Positions 1-10,705 of a stretch of 64,000 nucleotides of DNA are shown piece after piece (within the stretch, counting starts at the first letter, position 1; each line of letters opens with the position of its first letter). Below the pieces are notes generated by a model, which had not been told where the DNA came from, ran no database searches, and saw only the letters and a list, made by a program, of their open reading frames with translations. The stretch covers positions 64,001-128,000 of the forward strand of contig JANNXA010000022.1 of NCBI GenBank assembly GCA_031409275.1. The letters run 5' to 3'. A program made the translations under genes and the position numbers. The DNA comes from Planctomycetota bacterium. Its GTDB lineage: Bacteria > Planctomycetota > B15-G4 > SIAN01.

Positions 1-174
1 GAGGCGATCGCGGCGCTGGAGCGGAAGCCGCCGCCGCTGCTGGTCACGGATGGCAGCGAGCCGGCCAACTACCGCTTCGAAGAAGCGGCGCCGCTGCTCG
101 CGGCGTGGTTTGCGCGGCGCTACGCGCCCGTGCAGACGATTGGGCCGTTCACGCTGTTCGAGCGCGTGCGCTGA
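1..174 (+). CDS. 3' end of a hypothetical protein truncated by the window edge
   Basis: Frame 1 is open from base 1 (EAIAALERKPPPLLVTDG...FTLFERVR) to TGA at 172-174, converging on the next gene. Confidence 0.55.
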   Translation, partial: EAIAALERKPPPLLVTDGSEPANYRFEEAAPLLAAWFARRYAPVQTIGPFTLFERVR

Positions 175-198
175 AGCGCGTGGCGCGACGCCGCGCGA

Positions 199-2148
199 TC
201 ACCAGCTCGCTGGCGCGAGCAGCTTCCAGGCGCTGTGGAAGTCATGTTGCTCGATGACGACGATGCACGGTTCGTCGAGGGCGCTGGCCGGGACATCGAA
301 ATCGAGCTCGACGTCGAAGGTGCCGGCCTGCGCATCGCTGAACCACCGCGCGTTCTGCGTTGCGAAGGTCGGCGTGGGAGCGGCGAAGGTGCGTCGCGCC
401 ACGCGGGTGGTTGGCGTGCGCAACTCGATGGTGGCGAGCGGCGCGGTCGCGGCGACCGACACATGGATGCGGCCGCTCTCGCGGCGCGCCGCGAGGCGGA
501 GCCGGGCGCCGGTGGTGCCGTAGACGTCGCCGCGTTCGAGCGCGCGGAAGAGCGCGTCGTGGGTGAGTTGCGGTGCGGCGACGACGGTCACCCCTTGGAA
601 CGCGTAACGCCGCCCTTTGGGCCATTCGATGCCGATCAGTCCGCCCGGCTTGCCGAGGTGATTGTCGCTATCGGCAACGAGGAAGAGGTGATGACCTCGT
701 CGCAGGGCCGAGAGGACGTCGCTCTCCGCTTCGGGAGGCAGCTCCTGTTCGTGGTTGCCGTGCAGCGGATAGTTCGAGTCGTGTTCGAGCGAGCTGCCAT
801 GCCAGGAGAAGACTTCCGCCAGTCGTTGCCGCGGAATGGTGCCTGGCTCGCCCCAGACGAAGCGACGCTGCGCCTGACCGCCGTTCCACAGCGAATGGTG
901 GCCGACGAGGAGGACGTCGGGATCGCTCCCGAGTTGCGCCGCGAGCGCCGGCAGTCCGCTCGGCGCCGGCGGCGGGGCGCATGGCTCGCGGAAGAGCACG
1001 TGGCGGTGGCCCCAATCGGCATCGGTCCATTCGTAGCCGTTGAAGACGATGAACCGCCCGTCGCGGCTCCAATCGACCGCGAGCGATCGCAGCCACTCGG
1101 CGTCGTAGTCGGGGAACTCGCGATGCTCGCTGAGCGAGAGGAAGTCCAGCCGCGTGACGTCGCGCGCGTAGCGCAGCGCCTGCGATGGGACGCCGCTGGC
1201 GTGACCGCCGACTGCGGTGTGCGAGTGGAGCGAGCCGAACCAGAGATGCGGCGCCGCGGCATCGACCGCGATCGGGTTCGAGAGCCCGACGACTTGCGGC
1301 TGCTCACGCCAGGTCACCTGGAGCCGGTGGAGGCCGACGGGTAGCGGTGGCAGCTCGAACTCGAAGGCGCTCGCCAGACGGCCGTCCCCGTTGGCTTCGG
1401 AAGGAAGCGGCACGGTGAAGCTCGTGAAGGGGCCGCTCACGGAGAGCGAACCGGCTGGAATCGGGCTTTCGAGGCTCGATGCGATCGGGCCCGAGAATCC
1501 GCTCATGAAAAGGACGCGCGCTCGGGCGGCGGTTCCGGGCTCAGCCTGCGCCGGTAGCAGGACGCGCAGCCAATCGACGTGGGGGTCGACGATTCGCAGC
1601 GGCACGCGCCCAGGGAGTCGGCGGATCGATCCGTCGCCGGCGCGCACCTGCGCGAAGAGCTCGAGCTCGAGCGGCAACGGGTTCGACGCCACGTCGAGTT
1701 GGATGGTGACATGCGCGGACGCTGGCAGCGGCGCCGCGAGCGGCAGCGCGAACCAGCCGTCGGCACGCGCGATCGGCTGCACCGCCAGCGACGTCACGGC
1801 GCCATTCGCTTCGACGCGCTGCGCCTCGACGCGGCTTTGCGCGTCGAGCTCAGGAAGTTGGTAGCGCAGCTCGATGCCGCGAAAGCAGCGTTCACCGTCG
1901 AAAGCGCCCTGATCGACGAGGAGCGTCGCTCCCGCGGGGAGGTCGCGGTCGGCGCGCAGCGTCAACTCGGCGCGAAGTCGCGCATTGGGGCGATCGGAGG
2001 GCAGCGCGGTGAGCAGAGCCGGGCGGCCCGCGGCCACGGCGAGTCCGATGGGTGGCGGCGCGATCTGGAGGGGCGCGCCGCGGTCACAGGCCGTCGCGAG
2101 ACAGGCGAGCGCTGCAGCGACGATGACGATGGGCGAGCGGGGAAGCAT
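199..2148 (-). CDS. PHP-domain (DUF3604/CehA-McbA-like) metallohydrolase, probable lipoprotein
   Basis: Lipobox-like LATAC; PHP-type metal-ligand motifs FGSLHSHT, DFLSLSEH, GYEWT, GHRHV, DSDNH and YGTTG. Confidence 0.75.
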   Translation of the reverse strand: MLPRSPIVIVAAALACLATACDRGAPLQIAPPPIGLAVAAGRPALLTALPSDRPNARLRAELTLRADRDLPAGATLLVDQGAFDGERCFRGIELRYQLPELDAQSRVEAQRVEANGAVTSLAVQPIARADGWFALPLAAPLPASAHVTIQLDVASNPLPLELELFAQVRAGDGSIRRLPGRVPLRIVDPHVDWLRVLLPAQAEPGTAARARVLFMSGFSGPIASSLESPIPAGSLSVSGPFTSFTVPLPSEANGDGRLASAFEFELPPLPVGLHRLQVTWREQPQVVGLSNPIAVDAAAPHLWFGSLHSHTAVGGHASGVPSQALRYARDVTRLDFLSLSEHREFPDYDAEWLRSLAVDWSRDGRFIVFNGYEWTDADWGHRHVLFREPCAPPPAPSGLPALAAQLGSDPDVLLVGHHSLWNGGQAQRRFVWGEPGTIPRQRLAEVFSWHGSSLEHDSNYPLHGNHEQELPPEAESDVLSALRRGHHLFLVADSDNHLGKPGGLIGIEWPKGRRYAFQGVTVVAAPQLTHDALFRALERGDVYGTTGARLRLAARRESGRIHVSVAATAPLATIELRTPTTRVARRTFAAPTPTFATQNARWFSDAQAGTFDVELDFDVPASALDEPCIVVIEQHDFHSAWKLLAPASW

Positions 2149-2171
2149 GCCGCGACCAGGGAGAGCGCAGC

Positions 2172-2258
2172 TGGTGCCGAAGACAGGACTTGAACCTGCA
2201 CTCCCTTGCGGGAACTAGACCCTGAATCTAGCGCGTCTGCCAATTCCGCCACTTCGGC
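2172..2258 (-). tRNA. tRNA-Leu(CAG)
   Basis: Reverse complement GCCGAAGTGGCGGAATTGGCAGACGCG-CTAGA-TTCAGGG-TCTAG...GGTTCAAGTCC...TTCGGCACCA; CAG anticodon, long variable arm, encoded CCA. Confidence 0.97.
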
Positions 2259-2314
2259 ACGAAATGGAGGGCGGTACTGTAGGCCGCTCCTCGGCGGAGT
2301 CAAGCGAGCGGACG

Positions 2315-2791
2315 ATGACGGCGAAGCCCGACAAAGCAAGGCGCAGCGTCGCCCGGAATCGTCGCGCAACATACGACTACGCGATCCTGGACCGTTTGCA
2401 GGCAGGCCTCGTCCTCACCGGGACCGAGGTGAAGTCGTTGCGCAAGGCGGAGGCGACGCTGGTCGGCTCCTACATCCGGATCGACGACGACAAGCTCTGC
2501 GCCTGGCTGATCGGCTGCCAGATCCCCGAGTACTCGCACGGCACCTACGCCAATCATGAGCCCAAGCGCAAGCGCAAGCTGCTCCTGAACGCCAAGGAGA
2601 TCATCAAGCTGCGGCAGTCGACGAAGACCGACGGGACCACCATCATCCCGCTCGAGATCTACTTCGAAGGGCCGTGGGCGAAGGTCGAGATCGGGCTCGC
2701 GAAGGGCAAGCGGGTGGCGGACAAGCGGCAGTCGATCGCGGCACGCGAGGCCAAGCGCGACATCGACCGGGCGGCGCGCGGACGTCGATGA
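2315..2791 (+). CDS. smpB: SsrA-binding protein
   Basis: NRRATYDY, AGLVLTGTEVKSLR, RKRKLLL and GLAKGK...DKR motifs; tmRNA lies about 1.9 kb downstream. Confidence 0.97.
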   Translation: MTAKPDKARRSVARNRRATYDYAILDRLQAGLVLTGTEVKSLRKAEATLVGSYIRIDDDKLCAWLIGCQIPEYSHGTYANHEPKRKRKLLLNAKEIIKLRQSTKTDGTTIIPLEIYFEGPWAKVEIGLAKGKRVADKRQSIAAREAKRDIDRAARGRR

Positions 2792-4605
2792 ACGACCCGT
2801 CGGCGCGTCGCATCGTCGCGCGCGAAGCGGCGCTCTTCCTGCTGGCGCTGCTGCTCGCCGCCGTCGCGACCTGGCCGCTCGTGCTGCACCTGGGTCCGCT
2901 CGAACGGATGGCGGACCGCACGCTCGACGACCATGTCTATTGGTGGGACTTCTGGTGGGTCCGCGAGGCGCTGTGGGTGCGCCACGTCGACCCGTTCTTC
3001 TGCCCCGACATCTTCGTGCCGCACGGTGCGAGCCTCGTGGCTTCGCCGTTCGCCTTTCCGCTCGGCGTGCTGGCGCTTCCCTTCGAGGCGTGGTGGGGCG
3101 TCCTGCCGGGCGCGATCGTCGCCGTGAAGCTCTTCGGACTCCTCTTGCTCGCGCTTGGCGTGTGGGGGATGTCGCTGTTCGCACGCGCGCTCGGCGCTCC
3201 GCTGTGGGTGAGCTTGCTGGCCGGGATGCTCTTCTCGTTCACGCCATTCCGGATGGTGCAGCTCGGACGAATCCACTACCTCGCGGGCGCGCTCGTGCCG
3301 CTGTTCCTCCACTCGGCGTTGCGCGCCTCGCGGGGCGGCCGCTGGCACTGGTGGGCGGGCGCCGGCTCGATCTTCGCTCTCGCGATCGGCATCGACGCGT
3401 CGCTCGCGCTCGAACTGGTGGTGGCGACGGGGGCGCTGTGGGCGTTCGAGTGGCGCGGTGGCCAGCCGGTGTTGCGAACAGGCCTGCGTCTCTTCGGGTG
3501 CGGCGTGGTCGGGGTCGTGCTGGCGTCGCCGCTGCTGGTGCGGTTCCTCGCTGAAGCGCGCGACAACGCCGGCATCGACGTCGCGAGTCGGCTCACCTAC
3601 GACGACGATCCGAACCTGATGCAACGGCTCTTGTCGGCCGACCTCGACGGTCTGGCGTGGTTCACGGCGCCCGCGTTGCACGAGGCGGTCGTGATGGAGG
3701 CGCAGGAGTGGGAGCGCCCGGTCGTCGCGCGCAGCTCGGCGCGAATCAACGCCGATCTCTACGAGAAGTTCCGGCCGGTCGCGGCCCCGGCGGTGCAGAT
3801 GGCCGCGGCAGTCGTGGACGCCGGCATCGTGTTGCTGGTCGCGATTGCCGTCGGGGTCGCGCTGCGGCGGCGAGGCGGCGGGGCGTTCGTGGGTCTGGCG
3901 CTGGTCGGCTTGTTGCTGGCGCTCGGGCCGCAACGAACCGCGTTCGGTCACCACTTCGAGATGCCCTACGCATGGCTGGCGCGGGTGGTGCCGGGCATGG
4001 CGGCCGGCCGCTACCCGACCGCGCACCTGCGGCTGTTCCAGCTTGGACTGGCCGTCGCTGCGGCGCTTGCGGCGACCGGTGGCGGGCGGCGCTGGGTCGC
4101 CGCCGGCAGCGTGGCGGCGATCGGTTACCTCGCCCTCGCGCCGATGCGGCCGTTCCTGTTCGAGCCGTTCACGGTGGAGCAGATCCACGGGCACATGGCC
4201 GCCGATCCGGTCGCCGGCAATGTCCTCGAACTGCCGCCGCGGACGGAGTTGATGCTTCGGCGCATGGCGCTCGGACAAGTCGTCCACCAGCGGCCGCTGA
4301 TGGCGGGGCCGTTGACCCGGGTACCGCCGGCTGCCTGGGAGTTCTTCGATGGCGAGCCGTTCGTGCGGCGCTGCATGCGGCCGCTCGACCTCGCACTGAT
4401 GACGCCGGGGCAGCTCGAGAGCGAGGTGGCGGAGAATCGCGAGATTCTGGCGCGCTACGGCGTGCGCTACATCGTGTTGCGACGATTCCTGTTCGAGCAC
4501 GACCCGCAGGCGTCGCAGCAGCTCGTCGCCTACTTGCAGGAGCACGGCTTCAGCCTCGAGCGCTCCCGCGAAGGACATGTCCTGGTGAGGATCGACGCGG
4601 AGTAG
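2788..4605 (+). CDS. Polytopic membrane protein, probable GT-C/YfhO-like glycosyltransferase
   Basis: ATGA overlap with the smpB stop; many hydrophobic segments; DDHVYWWDFWW, IFVPHGASL, VLELP and YGVRYIVL motifs. Confidence 0.6.
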   Translation: MNDPSARRIVAREAALFLLALLLAAVATWPLVLHLGPLERMADRTLDDHVYWWDFWWVREALWVRHVDPFFCPDIFVPHGASLVASPFAFPLGVLALPFEAWWGVLPGAIVAVKLFGLLLLALGVWGMSLFARALGAPLWVSLLAGMLFSFTPFRMVQLGRIHYLAGALVPLFLHSALRASRGGRWHWWAGAGSIFALAIGIDASLALELVVATGALWAFEWRGGQPVLRTGLRLFGCGVVGVVLASPLLVRFLAEARDNAGIDVASRLTYDDDPNLMQRLLSADLDGLAWFTAPALHEAVVMEAQEWERPVVARSSARINADLYEKFRPVAAPAVQMAAAVVDAGIVLLVAIAVGVALRRRGGGAFVGLALVGLLLALGPQRTAFGHHFEMPYAWLARVVPGMAAGRYPTAHLRLFQLGLAVAAALAATGGGRRWVAAGSVAAIGYLALAPMRPFLFEPFTVEQIHGHMAADPVAGNVLELPPRTELMLRRMALGQVVHQRPLMAGPLTRVPPAAWEFFDGEPFVRRCMRPLDLALMTPGQLESEVAENREILARYGVRYIVLRRFLFEHDPQASQQLVAYLQEHGFSLERSREGHVLVRIDAE

Positions 4606-4639
4606 CCGCGGCTCGATATACTGCGCCGCGCTTCGAATC

Positions 4640-5001
4640 GGGGGCGCAACGGTTTCGACCGGGTGAACCCTGAAACGGGGATGGCGCTCCGAGGTTTCAG
4701 GCTCCTCGTGAAACCCCTGAAAAAACGTTCAACTGCGAACAACAACCTCGCACTGGCTGCCTAAAAAAAACAGGTAGTCACGACCGGCGTTCCTCGTCTG
4801 CGGGGGCGCCTGTGTCGTCACTTAGCAGGCTGGCCGGCGTTCCCTGGTCCCAGGTGCGCCGGCGAGATTACGGGGCTGATCTGGCGATCGAACCTGTCGA
4901 CCGGTGCCCGCCAGATGACGTTGTCCGTTGATCGACTACGAGCGTAGAGGTCTTCGTTTCGGCACCCTGGGACGCGGGTTCGACTCCCGCCGCCTCCACC
5001 A
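4640..5001 (+). ncRNA. ssrA: tmRNA; tag peptide ANNNLALAA (4735-4764)
   Basis: 5' GGGGGCG pairs with 3' CGCCTCC-ACCA including a G3-U wobble; GGTTTCGAC and GGTTCGACTCC T-arm; internal ORF GCG AAC AAC AAC CTC GCA CTG GCT GCC TAA. Confidence 0.97.
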
Positions 5002-5092
5002 TTCGGAAGCGCAGCGCCGGCAGGCGACCGCAGTTTGGACGACGCCCGCAGCGCACCGACTTGCCTTCCACGGCCAGGTACCACGGGCAGAC

Positions 5093-6244
5093 ATGATCGA
5101 ACATCGTCGCCGGTCGCCAGAGCAGCTGGCTGCGCTCCGAATCCTCGCCCTCCTCCTGCTCGCGCTCGCGAGCGCTTGCGTGACGTCGCGCGATGCGGTC
5201 GCCAATCTCGGCGAGCTCTACACGCGCCGCGATGAGAGCGTCGCCGACTACGCCGCGCTGGTGACCGATCGAGGCTTTTTCGCGCGGCTGGGCCGGACGT
5301 TTGGAACGAACGACGATCCGGCGGCGCTTTACGAGAGCGAGGAGCTCGAGGATCCGATCGCGTTCGCGCTCGACAACCTCGCGCGGCTCGAACTCTCCGA
5401 TGCCGACGACCTCGACCCTTGCGAACGCGTCGCGGCCATCGCCACTCTGGCCGAAATGGCGCGCCTCGATCGCGCGCGGATCGTTCGCGCGCGCGCCATC
5501 GAAGTGCTGCAGTCCCAGCTCGCGCAGCTCGACGGCCCGCGCAAGCCTGCGGCCGTCGCCGCGATTGACGACGCCGAGCTCAATCGCAAGCTCGATCCGT
5601 TGCTGCGATTGGCGGAGGCGGAGCCCGCCGCGATCGCGGCCGTGCTCGCGAACGAGTCGGCGGCGCTGATGGCGGCGTCCGCGGAACTCGCCTCGGTCCA
5701 GCCGGACGCTTTCCTGCTCGCGCTGCGCCTTACTCGCCTCGCTGCCAAGTCGACGCGTCGCGCGATCGATGGAGGCGGGGCAGCGCCGCTGTGCTCCGCC
5801 CTCGACCGCGCGGGATTCGCTGCCGCTCGTCACCTCGCGTTCCTGGTGGCTCGCGCCGACCGTGCGCTGGGGCGCGGCGTCCTTGACGGGGCGTCCGAAG
5901 TGCGATTGGCGTCGGGCGCGTTGCTGCTGTCGATCGATCCGATCGCGGCGACCGTGGAGTTCGGGCGCGCGTGGACCGCTGCGGTCGCGCCCACGGTGCG
6001 CGTGGCCTGGCTGCAGCAACTTGAACTGGCGCCCATCGTCGCGGCCAACGTCCACCCGACGCTGCGAGCGGTGCTGGTGCAGGAGCTTCAGTCGGACGAC
6101 GCTGCCGTCGCCTACGCCGCGCGCCATGCCGTGTGCCACCTGCTGGCGCGCGATCCGCAGGGCGCGAAGCTTCCGGAACTGAAGGCTGCGTGGCTGGCGC
6201 TCGGCGAATGGCAATCGACGCCGACCGCGGGAGAGTCGCGTTGA
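5093..6244 (+). CDS. Hypothetical lipoprotein, helical/HEAT-like
   Basis: ATG at 5093 followed by a signal peptide with lipobox LASAC; Ala/Leu-rich helical body. The longer ORF-track start overlaps tmRNA and was discarded. Confidence 0.6.
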   Translation: MIEHRRRSPEQLAALRILALLLLALASACVTSRDAVANLGELYTRRDESVADYAALVTDRGFFARLGRTFGTNDDPAALYESEELEDPIAFALDNLARLELSDADDLDPCERVAAIATLAEMARLDRARIVRARAIEVLQSQLAQLDGPRKPAAVAAIDDAELNRKLDPLLRLAEAEPAAIAAVLANESAALMAASAELASVQPDAFLLALRLTRLAAKSTRRAIDGGGAAPLCSALDRAGFAAARHLAFLVARADRALGRGVLDGASEVRLASGALLLSIDPIAATVEFGRAWTAAVAPTVRVAWLQQLELAPIVAANVHPTLRAVLVQELQSDDAAVAYAARHAVCHLLARDPQGAKLPELKAAWLALGEWQSTPTAGESR

Positions 6245-6804
6245 CACCGCTCCAGGTGCACTTCAGCCCGCTCGAGCGGGACTACAGCGGCCGCGAACTG
6301 CGTTCTCACTTCGCCTTCGACGAGTTCGCGCTGATCGGCGACTCCGCGGTCGCGTGGATCGGGCCGTGCCGCGTCGACGTCGGTGAACTGGTCGATCTGG
6401 TCGACGCGCGCGCCGGCGCCTTCATCGCCAGTCCGTCGATGGCGCACTTCATCGTCGAGCACTTCGGCGTGGCGCTGGTCGAGGCGGTGTTGCGCCAGCG
6501 GCTCCTCGCGCGGTTGGGGGCCGACTTGCTTCGCGAGGGCGGGGCGCCGGCCGTGCAGGTGCGCGGCAACGATCTCTTCGCGGATGGCCGCAAGGCGAGC
6601 GTGTCGGTGGCGACGCTGTCGCCGACGTCGGCCCTGATCCACTTCGCCGTGAACATTCGCACCGACGGGACGCCCGTTCCGACGTTCGGCCTGTCCGAGA
6701 CAGCGCTGCAACCGGAAAGATTCGCCCGCGAGCTGCTCGGAAGGTACGCCGCGGAACTCGCCGATATCCACCGCGCAGCAGCCAAGGTGCGGGGGGTTCG
6801 TTGA
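6241..6804 (+). CDS. DUF366 family protein
   Basis: TTG start overlapping the previous stop; YSGRELRSHF, GDSAVAWIGPCRV, LVDLVD, HFIVEHF, RQRLL and GNDLF..GRKASVSVAT..HFAVNI match DUF366 as I recall it. Confidence 0.8.
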   Translation: MTPLQVHFSPLERDYSGRELRSHFAFDEFALIGDSAVAWIGPCRVDVGELVDLVDARAGAFIASPSMAHFIVEHFGVALVEAVLRQRLLARLGADLLREGGAPAVQVRGNDLFADGRKASVSVATLSPTSALIHFAVNIRTDGTPVPTFGLSETALQPERFARELLGRYAAELADIHRAAAKVRGVR

Positions 6805-8069
6805 ACGCGACGTCCACAGCGCAGAGCGGCGTGAAGCGACCGGCACCCTGGAAGGGACTGGTCCGCCTGCTGGTTGCCGTCGCGATGGTGGCGCTGCTGC
6901 TGAACCTCGTCTCGTGGCGCGACCACGTGCTGTGGCCGTCCGAGTTCGGGGACGAACCGCTCGTGGGGCAGATCGCGGTCGACCCCGTCACCGGCGCGAC
7001 GCGCTTCGTCGTCGATTCCGGCGAACACGTCGGGACGCAGCTCGATTTCACCGCGGCCGAAGCGGTCGCAGACGCGACCTGGCAGTCCGTGGTGGTGACG
7101 CGTCCGAGCCAGCCGCCGCGAACGATCGAGCTGACGGCCGCGGCGCGACTCGAACTCGACAAGCAGCCGGAAGCGGGGTTGCGCACGACGCTGAAGCGCC
7201 TTGCGAATGCGCCTTCGGCGCTGGTGCAGGCGCTGCTCCTCTATGTCGTCGGAGCGATGCTCTCGTTCCAGCGCTGGCAGGTCCTGTTGCGCGCCGTCGG
7301 CGTCGAGGCCCGCTTCTGGCGCGTGCAGAAGCTCGGCTTCCTTGGCCTTTTCTTCAGCAACATCATTCCCGGCATGACCGGCGGTGACCTGGTGAAGGCG
7401 CTGATGGTCGCTCGCGACCACCCGGAGCAGAAGCCGGCGGCGGTGCTGTCGGTCATCGTCGATCGCGCCATCGGCCTGCTCGGCCTGGCCGTGGTGGCGT
7501 CCGCTGCGCTCGCGTTCCAGCACGGTCGCTTTCCCGAGACCGAGCTCAAACTCAACCTCATCCTCGGCGCCATCGTGGTCGGTGCGTGCGTCGTGATGTC
7601 GCGGCGGCTGCGGCGCGCCATCCGGCTCGACAAGCTGCTGGCGGCGCTGCCGTTCGCGGAGGTCCTGAAGAAGCTCGATCGCGCAGCGCTCCTCTACCGA
7701 GATGCCGGCTGGCAGGTGGTCTACTCGGTCTTCGCGTCGTTCGCGGTCCACGCGATGATCCTCTGGTCGTTCAGCGTGCTGGGCGGGGCGCTCGGGATCA
7801 AGATCGGGCTGCTCGACTACTTCTCGCTGGCGCCATTGGCCCTGATCGCGCAGTCGCTGCCGCTGACGCCGGGCGGGGTCGGAGTCGGCGAGGCGGCGTT
7901 CATCTACTTCTTCGCACCGGCGGGGGTCCCGCGCGCGGCGGCGCTGGCGCTGTCCGTCTCGTACCGCGTGGTGCAGCTGCTGGTGTCGCTGATCGGCGGC
8001 GCGCTCATGCTGGTGCGGCACGAGCCGCCGGTGAGCGAGGCGAGCGAGGCGAGCGAGGCGAGCGAATAG
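6801..8069 (+). CDS. Lysylphosphatidylglycerol-synthase TM-region (UPF0104, flippase-like) membrane protein
   Basis: RWQVLL, FFSNIIPGMTGGDLVKA, SVIVDRAIGL and LPLTPGGVGVGEAA motifs. Confidence 0.85.
   Translation: MNATSTAQSGVKRPAPWKGLVRLLVAVAMVALLLNLVSWRDHVLWPSEFGDEPLVGQIAVDPVTGATRFVVDSGEHVGTQLDFTAAEAVADATWQSVVVTRPSQPPRTIELTAAARLELDKQPEAGLRTTLKRLANAPSALVQALLLYVVGAMLSFQRWQVLLRAVGVEARFWRVQKLGFLGLFFSNIIPGMTGGDLVKALMVARDHPEQKPAAVLSVIVDRAIGLLGLAVVASAALAFQHGRFPETELKLNLILGAIVVGACVVMSRRLRRAIRLDKLLAALPFAEVLKKLDRAALLYRDAGWQVVYSVFASFAVHAMILWSFSVLGGALGIKIGLLDYFSLAPLALIAQSLPLTPGGVGVGEAAFIYFFAPAGVPRAAALALSVSYRVVQLLVSLIGGALMLVRHEPPVSEASEASEASE
8033..8065 (+). repeat. 9-bp tandem repeat (GAGCGAGGC x3 plus a partial copy) encoding the C-terminal SEASEASEASE
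   Basis: Directly visible just before the TAG at 8067-8069. Confidence 0.9.
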
Positions 8070-8132
8070 TCGAGGGCGGGCGCGCCGCAGCTTTGCGCTC
8101 GACTGCTACACTCCTCGCCCTTTCGGCGGGAG

Positions 8133-9041
8133 ATGACGATGGCGCTGCTCGTGCTCGGTTCGGTCGCGTTCGATGATGTGCGCACCCCGTCGGGATTTCG
8201 CGAGCGCGTGCTCGGCGGCTCGGCCACCTACTTCGCATGGGCCGCTTCCACGCTGGTGCAGACCGACCTCATCGCCGCCGTTGGGCGTGACTTCCCGGCG
8301 TCGTTCATGGAGATGCTGCGCGGCCGCAAGATCGGGCTCGACGGGCTGGTCAAGATGGCCGACGTCGACACCTTCCACTGGAGCGGCAATTACGGCGAGG
8401 ACCTGAACGTCGCGCAGACGAACTGGGTCAAGCTCAACGTGCTCGGCAAATGGAAGCCGCAGGTGCCGCCGGCCTGGCGCCATCACTCCTTCGTCTTCCT
8501 CGCCAACGATGCGCCGCAGAATCAGCTGACGGCGCTCGACCAGCTGGCCAAGCCGCGGCTGGTGCTGTGCGACACGCGCGATCTGTGGATCGACCAGGAT
8601 CGAGCCGGCATCGCGGAAGTGATGCGGCGGACCGACGGGATCATCCTGAACGATGGAGAGGCGCGGCAGCTCACCGGCGAACGCAACCTGATTCGAGCCG
8701 CGGTGAAGCTGCACGATCTCGGCAGTCGCATCGCGATCATCAAGAAGGGCGAGCACGGGGCGTTCCTGTCGGTCGACGGCAAGGGCTTCGCCCTGCCGGC
8801 CTACCCCGTCGCGGACGTGGTCGACCCGACCGGCGCGGGCGATTCGTTCGCCGGCGGTCTGATGGGGTACCTCGCACGCCACGCCGAAGTCGATTTCCGC
8901 TCGATGAAGCGCGCGATGCTGGCGGGAACGATCACGGCGTCGTTCTGCGTCGAGGACTTCTCGCTCGACCGCTTGCGGACGCTCGACTTCGCTGCGTTCG
9001 AGCGGCGGATGGGCGAGTTCGAGCAGTTCCTCTCCCCCTGA
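8133..9041 (+). CDS. PfkB/ribokinase-family sugar or nucleoside kinase
   Basis: GSVAFD, LGGSATY, KKGEHGA and the DPTGAGDSFAGG signature. Confidence 0.92.
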   Translation: MTMALLVLGSVAFDDVRTPSGFRERVLGGSATYFAWAASTLVQTDLIAAVGRDFPASFMEMLRGRKIGLDGLVKMADVDTFHWSGNYGEDLNVAQTNWVKLNVLGKWKPQVPPAWRHHSFVFLANDAPQNQLTALDQLAKPRLVLCDTRDLWIDQDRAGIAEVMRRTDGIILNDGEARQLTGERNLIRAAVKLHDLGSRIAIIKKGEHGAFLSVDGKGFALPAYPVADVVDPTGAGDSFAGGLMGYLARHAEVDFRSMKRAMLAGTITASFCVEDFSLDRLRTLDFAAFERRMGEFEQFLSP

Positions 9042-9144
9042 GTCGCGACGATCGCGGCCGTCGCCTCGCTGTCACCCGCAGCAACGAACGACGTCTTCTC
9101 GGGTGGTGGCGGCGCGGCCGCCGCCGGACGCTCGAACGGGGCCC

Positions 9145-9189
9145 TTGAACCAGCCCCGAGGCGTCCCTAGGATCGTTCTACTTTCGTTC
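9145..9189 (+). promoter_or_regulatory. Putative sigma70 promoter of recA (TTGAAC-N17-TAGGAT) followed by a GTTC-N7-GTTC candidate operator
   Basis: -35 at 9145-9150, -10 at 9168-9173, GTTC at 9175-9178 and 9186-9189; AAGGAGG RBS before the GTG start. Confidence 0.6.
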
Positions 9190-9218
9190 GCATTGGCGGG
9201 AACTCAAGGAGGGACCAC

Positions 9219-10457
<1,239 letters not shown>

Positions 10458-10568
10458 TGGCTTGAGCGGCGTGTCACGACGCTGACGCCAAGGCGCCGCT
10501 TCGGCGTCGAGGAACCCTGGCGTCCGTGACGCTGCGACGTGTGGTTGCACTCCTGTGCGGATGATTCG

Positions 10569-10610
10569 CGAGCCCGCGGGCATGACGTTGCCCGCGGGCT
10601 CGTCGCGTTT
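10569..10610 (+). terminator. Probable intrinsic terminator or hairpin after recA
   Basis: Perfect 14-bp stem CGAGCCCGCGGGCA-TGACGT-TGCCCGCGGGCTCG followed by a short T run. Confidence 0.6.
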
Positions 10611-10705
10611 CGGGCGGGCACGCGACCGGTGACGTTCGCGCGAACGGCCGTCGCTTTGGTTGAATGCGCGCTTCGATCGACATCGACTCCATGAGTGGGC
10701 AAGGC

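Noticed and set aside
4640..5100. Integrative element at the 3' end of ssrA
   Set aside because: No integrase and no duplicated tmRNA 3' end seen in the window.
10458..10705. T-box riboswitch or recX upstream of alaS
   Set aside because: Hairpins are present, but there is no GGTGGNACCGCG T-box motif and no RecX-like ORF.
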